Assembly: GCA_963666985.2 (NCBI GenBank) | Contig: CAXXIA010000002.1 | Span: 64,001-128,000 of the forward strand | Direction of reading: 5' to 3' | DNA from: Spirochaetia bacterium | GTDB lineage: Bacteria; Spirochaetota; Spirochaetia; DSM-2461 | Length of the DNA: 64,000 nucleotides | Part shown: positions 59,085 to 64,000 of the stretch, piece by piece | How the letters are laid out: each line of letters begins with the position of its first letter | Position numbering within the stretch: the stretch's first letter is position 1 | The notes under the pieces: model-generated | Told to the model about the DNA's origin: nothing | What the model saw: the letters and a program-made list of their open reading frames with translations, nothing else | Databases searched by the model: none | Position numbers and translations under genes: made by a program

Positions 59085-59861
59085 TTATAGAATCACCGAC
59101 CAAAACGGCCGGGATTTTTCCGTCGCCCTTGCGTCAAAGTTCCGAAACTCCGCTCTGAGTTTCCCCGCCGCCCATCCTTCGGGCAGAAGGCACCGAGGAA
59201 GCAGCGGATCTTCCGCAAGAACCTTCACAATCATGTCGCCGGTTTGAAACTTGGCCGCGAAGGCCTCTTCCGGTCCGGCCGAATCCAGTAAAACCCGCGC
59301 TTTTTCCGCCCCTTCAACAGCGGCCTTCATCCGATCGTTTAATCTCCCAAGGTCCCACATCCGTATCGCATCCCCGGCTCCGATTTCCGGATGAACTTTG
59401 GAAACCATCCATCGGCAGGTTCCATCCTCAATCCATTCGCTGAAAACGCTCTCCAAACGCTCCTCCGATTGCCATGGCCGAACCCAAAGTCCCGGATTCA
59501 AAGGGCGCAGGGCCTGATCCGTCAGTGCTCTCCGGAGCCGATGCCTCTCAGAACCCGGCGCACCGGATTGGAAAAAGGAAAGAAGGAAATAATCGCCGTT
59601 CCATCCTTCCCATAACGGCTCTGAAAAACGCCTGCTTATCCGGCCGCCGTACCTGCGGGCCGATTCTGAAAACACATAGATCGCTGTTTTTCCCTCCTTA
59701 CGGACAGTCAGCATTCCTCGTGTACTCATACGGGAAAGAACGGACCGAAGATTTGTTTCGGAAACACCGATCGGCCGCAAAAGTTCTTTCAGCTGAGAGA
59801 AACGAAGGCCCGAATATCCCAAGGAAGCAAACACCGCGAAGACGGCTTCGGATTCCTTCAT
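59085..59861 (-). CDS. PaaX-family transcriptional regulator
   Basis: wHTH (GVSETNLRSVLSRM..RG), WNGDY, ERHRLRRAL, GLWVRP, WDL..L, DPLLP..LLPEGW. Confidence 0.85.
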   Translation of the reverse strand: MKESEAVFAVFASLGYSGLRFSQLKELLRPIGVSETNLRSVLSRMSTRGMLTVRKEGKTAIYVFSESARRYGGRISRRFSEPLWEGWNGDYFLLSFFQSGAPGSERHRLRRALTDQALRPLNPGLWVRPWQSEERLESVFSEWIEDGTCRWMVSKVHPEIGAGDAIRMWDLGRLNDRMKAAVEGAEKARVLLDSAGPEEAFAAKFQTGDMIVKVLAEDPLLPRCLLPEGWAAGKLRAEFRNFDARATEKSRPFWSVIL

Positions 59862-60231
59862 AAATCCATTATATCTCATATTATTTTCATTTGCTGTTTT
59901 TTTGTGATTTTTAAATGGTTTTTTAATGCCTCTGCAAACGGAGATCTGCGGACACGGCATCAACGCCGGCTTCCCAAGCCGCCTGCCGCATAATCTTCAT
60001 CTTTATTTCCGCTGCAAAACCGGTCGCCGGAGATAAAATGCTGCCGACCGAGCTATCTTCCCAAACCGCCGGTCACGAAAAACAATACCGGACATCGAAA
60101 CCAAGATGCCGCCTGCCGCCTCTACTTCCCCATCCCCCGGCTTCCAAACTGGACGACGATCCTTTCACTATGTATCTTTTAAACTCAAAAGAGTGCTGTT
60201 CACGATAACATCGCTCCAACGGAGGAAAAAT

Positions 60232-60837
60232 ATGCAAACAAAACACCGAAAACCGGCCAGGGGACTCATTCTGCTCGCGATCGCGGCCCTGCCACTCCTT
60301 TTCAGCGGATGCGGATACAACCGTATGGTCACCCTTGAAGAAGGCGTCAGCGCGGCCTGGTCCCAAGTGGAAAACGTCTACCAGCGGAGAATGGACCTTA
60401 TCCCCAATCTGGTGGAAACCGTTAAAGGCTACGCGGCCCACGAAGAGGAAACCCTCACCGCCCTTGCCGAAGCGCGCAGCCGGGCCGGCGGCGTGATGGA
60501 TATCGATGAGGATCTTTTGAACGATCCCGAAGCCTTCGCCCGCTTCCAGGAGGCCCAAGACGGCCTGGGAAGCGCTCTTCAGCGGCTGCTCGTGGTTACC
60601 GAGAACTATCCCGAACTGAAAGCCAACCAGAACTTCCTGGCCCTTCAAGATCAGCTGGAAGGCACAGAGAACCGCATCGCCGTGGAGCGCAAGCATTACA
60701 ACGACGCGGTAAGGGCCTACAACACGACCATCCGCCGATTTCCGCAGCTCATCATGGCCCGGATGACCGGTTTTGAAGCCAAACCGTACTTTGAAGCCTC
60801 CGAAGGTGCGAATATCGCGCCGAAGGTGGAATTTTAA
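60232..60837 (+). CDS. lemA: LemA family protein
   Basis: GGAGG RBS, SGCGYN, YQRRMDLIPNLVETVKGYA.HE, ENYPELKANQNF, LEGTENRIAVER. Confidence 0.95.
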   Translation: MQTKHRKPARGLILLAIAALPLLFSGCGYNRMVTLEEGVSAAWSQVENVYQRRMDLIPNLVETVKGYAAHEEETLTALAEARSRAGGVMDIDEDLLNDPEAFARFQEAQDGLGSALQRLLVVTENYPELKANQNFLALQDQLEGTENRIAVERKHYNDAVRAYNTTIRRFPQLIMARMTGFEAKPYFEASEGANIAPKVEF

Positions 60838-61511
60838 TGAAATTGCTCACCCCTGACGCCAAAGAGCGGATTGCCTCCGCCGTTCAGGAGGCCGAAGCGA
60901 AAAGCGGCGGTGAAATCGTGGTGGCCGTTATCCCCGAAAGCGACGACTACGCCGCTCGGGAAATAACCTTCGGCATCATTCTGGGCCTGATGACCTTCGT
61001 GGTTCTGGCCTTTCTGGCCTCTCCCATCGCGGCTTTTCTGGACAGGCGGATCTGGCTGGAATCGGCCGCCCTTCTGCCGCTCACCCTGGCCGCCGGTTCG
61101 CTGATCATCGGCGCCGCCGGATACGCCCTCGCGCAAATACCGGCTTTCGACCGCCTCATAGTAGGAAAAAAGATCATGGCCGAAGCGGTCCGGCGCCGCG
61201 CGATGCGTCATTTTACCGAAAGCGCCGCCTACGATACCGTGGATCGAACCGGCGTCCTGCTCTTTGTCTCGGTGCTCGAACACCGCGTGGAACTCATCGC
61301 CGATAAGGGCATCAACGGCGTGGTTGCCCCGGATACCTGGGACAGAATCGTTTCGGCCCTGGTGCGGGGAATGAAGGAAGGCCGCCGCGAAGAGGCCATT
61401 GAAGCGGCGGTTACGGAAATCGGCGAAGTCTTAAGCGAACACGTATCACGGCGTTCGGACGACAAGAACGAACTGGACGACGGCCCGGTGGTACTGGGGA
61501 AGGGGTCGTGA
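60837..61511 (+). CDS. TPM-domain membrane protein (LemA-associated)
   Basis: EAEAKSGGEIV, RTGVLLFVS..EHRVELIADKGI, NELDD. Confidence 0.88.
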   Translation: MKLLTPDAKERIASAVQEAEAKSGGEIVVAVIPESDDYAAREITFGIILGLMTFVVLAFLASPIAAFLDRRIWLESAALLPLTLAAGSLIIGAAGYALAQIPAFDRLIVGKKIMAEAVRRRAMRHFTESAAYDTVDRTGVLLFVSVLEHRVELIADKGINGVVAPDTWDRIVSALVRGMKEGRREEAIEAAVTEIGEVLSEHVSRRSDDKNELDDGPVVLGKGS

Positions 61512-62380
61512 CGATGAAAAGAAATCACAAAAAAACGCGGTTTATCGCGATTACCGGCGGTTTCCCGCACACCGTAAGTCCTTCTCTTCAATCCTCCGCC
61601 GGCGCCGGGAAAAGAGGACGTGTTATTTCACTCATCCTCCTGTTCGCTCTCTTGTCCGCATCAGCCGCGGCGGCATTGAATGTTCCGGCGCTGCAGGGAC
61701 GCATCAACGACCGCGCAGACATTCTTTCCGGAAATACGGAAGAAGAACTGGAAGCATACCTTGCCGGAGTTGAAAATGCCGTCGGCGCTCAAATCGCGGT
61801 CCTGACCATTGAATCCCTGGAAGGAGAAGACCTGGAATCCTACAGTCTTGAGGTCGCCGAAACCTGGGGGCTGGGCCAAAAGGGGAACGACAACGGCGCT
61901 CTTCTGCTTGTCTCCATGGCCGAGAAAAAAATTCGCATCGAGGTGGGCTACGGCCTGGAAGGGACTCTCACCGACGCGATGAGCGGGTACATCATCCGCG
62001 AAACCATTGTACCCGCTTTTAAACGCGGCGATTTTGAAGGCGGTATCGTCGCGGGAGTGAAAGCCATCGGCGGTCTTGTGACCGGCGATGTCGTCATCAC
62101 GCCGCAGCAGGCAAAAAAAGCCCAAAGCGGCGGCAGTGAAGGCGCCTCTCTCTTCATCGTTCTATTCATGTTCTTCTTCCTGCTCTCAAGGCTCGGAGGA
62201 TACCGCCGCTACCGCAGACGGGGTATGTCTCCGGGAGCCGCTCTTCTTATGGGCATGATGCTCGGCGGCGGCCGCTCCCGAGGCGGCGGAGGATTCAGCG
62301 GAGGAGGCTTTTCAGGCGGGGGCGGGTTCTCCGGCGGAGGAGGCGGATTCGGCGGCGGCGGCGCCAGCGGAAGCTGGTAA
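61508..62380 (+). CDS. TPM-domain (YgcG-like) protein with Gly-rich tail
   Basis: GAQIAVLTI, DNGALLLV, RIEVGYGLEG.LTD, terminal GGGFGGGGASGSW; start uncertain. Confidence 0.9.
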   Translation: MTMKRNHKKTRFIAITGGFPHTVSPSLQSSAGAGKRGRVISLILLFALLSASAAAALNVPALQGRINDRADILSGNTEEELEAYLAGVENAVGAQIAVLTIESLEGEDLESYSLEVAETWGLGQKGNDNGALLLVSMAEKKIRIEVGYGLEGTLTDAMSGYIIRETIVPAFKRGDFEGGIVAGVKAIGGLVTGDVVITPQQAKKAQSGGSEGASLFIVLFMFFFLLSRLGGYRRYRRRGMSPGAALLMGMMLGGGRSRGGGGFSGGGFSGGGGFSGGGGGFGGGGASGSW

Positions 62381-62642
62381 TCTCATAGAGACTCTTTTTT
62401 AAAAGAGCCTCAGCCGTTCTCTTGAAACCTGAAGACATTCCAAAACCCCGGCGGAAATGCCGGGGCAGAACATCGGGGTACATTTGCAAACTGTTGTATA
62501 TGGCCCACAATCCAACGATGTAAAAACGGCAGCAGGGATAACCGATGAGGCGATTGCATAAAATCAGCGATTTTGAAATCAAAGACCTTCTCAAGCAAGT
62601 TCCGAGGGATTTCGGCTGTCGATTTAAGCAAGTTCATGCATT

Positions 62643-63218
62643 ATGAAATTGCCTCAGATGAAACCCGAATATCAGATAAAAACGGAGCGTCTCGGGCTTC
62701 GCCGATGGTATCAAGACGATGTACGGCCCTTTGCCGAGATGAATCAAAATCCGCAGGTGATGCGCTATTTCCCAAATCGATTGACAGCACCGCAAACAGA
62801 GCAGTTTATTCGATCCATAGAACATCATTTCGACACGTACGGATATGGACTCTATGCGGCTGATTTAATTACAACGGGTGCTTTCATCGGATTTATAGGA
62901 CTCTACACAGCCGTATTCAAATCCGATTTCACACCCTGTACGGAAATAGGATGGAGACTGGATTCACAATATTGGAAAAGCGGATATGCGACGGAAGGCG
63001 CCAAGGCATGCCTGCATCAGGCTTTTACCGAATACCATTTGGAAAACGTCTTTTCCTTTACATCGATTATAAACAAACCTTCGATTGCGGTCATGAAGCG
63101 GATCGGCCTTCGTTTAAACCGAGAATTCAACCATCCCAACATTCAAGCGGAACATGAGCTTTGCAAACATGTCCTTTACTCTCTTTCAAAGGCTGAATAT
63201 GCGCAGCACGATTTTTAA
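62643..63218 (+). CDS. GNAT N-acetyltransferase (RimJ/RimL type)
   Basis: TERLGLRRW, FIGFIG, EIGWRL...YWKSGYATEGA, N.PS..VMKRIG. Confidence 0.9.
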   Translation: MKLPQMKPEYQIKTERLGLRRWYQDDVRPFAEMNQNPQVMRYFPNRLTAPQTEQFIRSIEHHFDTYGYGLYAADLITTGAFIGFIGLYTAVFKSDFTPCTEIGWRLDSQYWKSGYATEGAKACLHQAFTEYHLENVFSFTSIINKPSIAVMKRIGLRLNREFNHPNIQAEHELCKHVLYSLSKAEYAQHDF

Positions 63219-63277
63219 TTCAAGTCCGCTTCCGCCCTTCCGGCTCACGAAGACATCACGAATCGCGCCGCCCCGAA

Positions 63278-64000
63278 TCAGCCCTTCTTGGCTATTTTCG
63301 CCCAGGAATCCCGCAGTCCGACGATGCGATTGAAAACAGCCCTTTTGCCCGGCTCATAATCAATCCGGTCGGCAGCAAAGTATCCGTTCCGGAGGAACTG
63401 ATATCGGTCTTCCGGAGCGGCGGACATCAGAGAGGGTTCCACTTTCGCCGATTGCAGAATCACTTCCGATTCCGGATTCAGGTAGTCCAGGAACTCCTTT
63501 CCTTCCTCCACTTTGCCGACATCTTCAAGGGTAATCAAATGATCATAAAGCCGCACCTCGGCGTCCGCGGCGTTATGCCGGGAAAGCCAATGCAGCGTTC
63601 CCTTCACCTTGCGTCCGTCGGGTGATTCCCCTCCTCGGCTCTCCGGATCGTAGGTACAGAGGATTTCCTCAACCTCGCCCTCGGCATCGCGCAGAACATC
63701 CTGAACGGTCACAAAGTATGTGTATTTGAGCCTGACCTCCCTGCCGGGTGCCATGCGGAACCATTTCTTCGGGGCATCGTCCATGTAATCATCCCGCTCC
63801 ACCCACAGTTCGCCCGTGAACTCGATTTCGCGGGTTCCGGCCGACGGATCTTCGGGATTGTTTTCGGCGGTAAAAACGTCCACTTTCCCTTGAGGCCAAT
63901 TGGTAATGGTCAGCTTCACGGGATTCAAAACGGCCATGCGTCTTTCCGCGCTGCGGTTCAGTTCCTCCCGGACATGGAAATTCAAGAACTCCATATCAAC
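63278..64000 (-). CDS. glnS: Glutamine--tRNA ligase, C-terminal part (5' end outside the window)
   Basis: RRMAVLNPVKL, EVRLKY, DGRKVKGTLHW, EVRLYDHL, QFLRNGYF, FNRIVGLRDSW. Confidence 0.93.
   Translation of the reverse strand, partial: VDMEFLNFHVREELNRSAERRMAVLNPVKLTITNWPQGKVDVFTAENNPEDPSAGTREIEFTGELWVERDDYMDDAPKKWFRMAPGREVRLKYTYFVTVQDVLRDAEGEVEEILCTYDPESRGGESPDGRKVKGTLHWLSRHNAADAEVRLYDHLITLEDVGKVEEGKEFLDYLNPESEVILQSAKVEPSLMSAAPEDRYQFLRNGYFAADRIDYEPGKRAVFNRIVGLRDSWAKIAKKG

Overview
This is a GC-rich bacterial chromosomal segment, most consistent with a free-living anaerobic spirochaete; that is an inference from gene content and solute-binding-protein leader style. In order it carries: (1) a minus-strand run of an envelope protein (beta-barrel-like N-terminus, Ig repeats, OmpA domain), rlmKL, a hypothetical, an Hpt protein, an orphan Cas2-like gene and prfB with the canonical +1 frameshift; (2) two tandem HAMP-GAF-PP2C phosphatases; (3) a sugar-catabolic operon whose kinase and aldo/keto reductase are both broken; (4) an AraR-type regulator with three operators, a sugar ABC transporter and a GH42; (5) an nqrBCDEF operon lacking nqrA, divergent from an RseC-like gene; (6) an mgl transporter with a three-component sensor; (7) ilvE, cyclase, panE-like, an ArsR/metal permease pair, zwf and hydA; (8) a TetR-linked locus in which hypB and hypA flank a 921-aa Fe-S flavoprotein with no hydrogenase or urease in the window, next to a DUF5692-like membrane gene; (9) PaaX, lemA/TPM genes, a GNAT and partial glnS. 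The best candidates for undescribed biology are the hypB-oxidoreductase-hypA locus (possible new nickel enzyme), the orphan Cas2 coupled to prfB, and a dispersed hairpin repeat family showing covariation. I saw no tRNA, rRNA, CRISPR array or transposase. All family calls come from motif recognition by eye; no searches were run.
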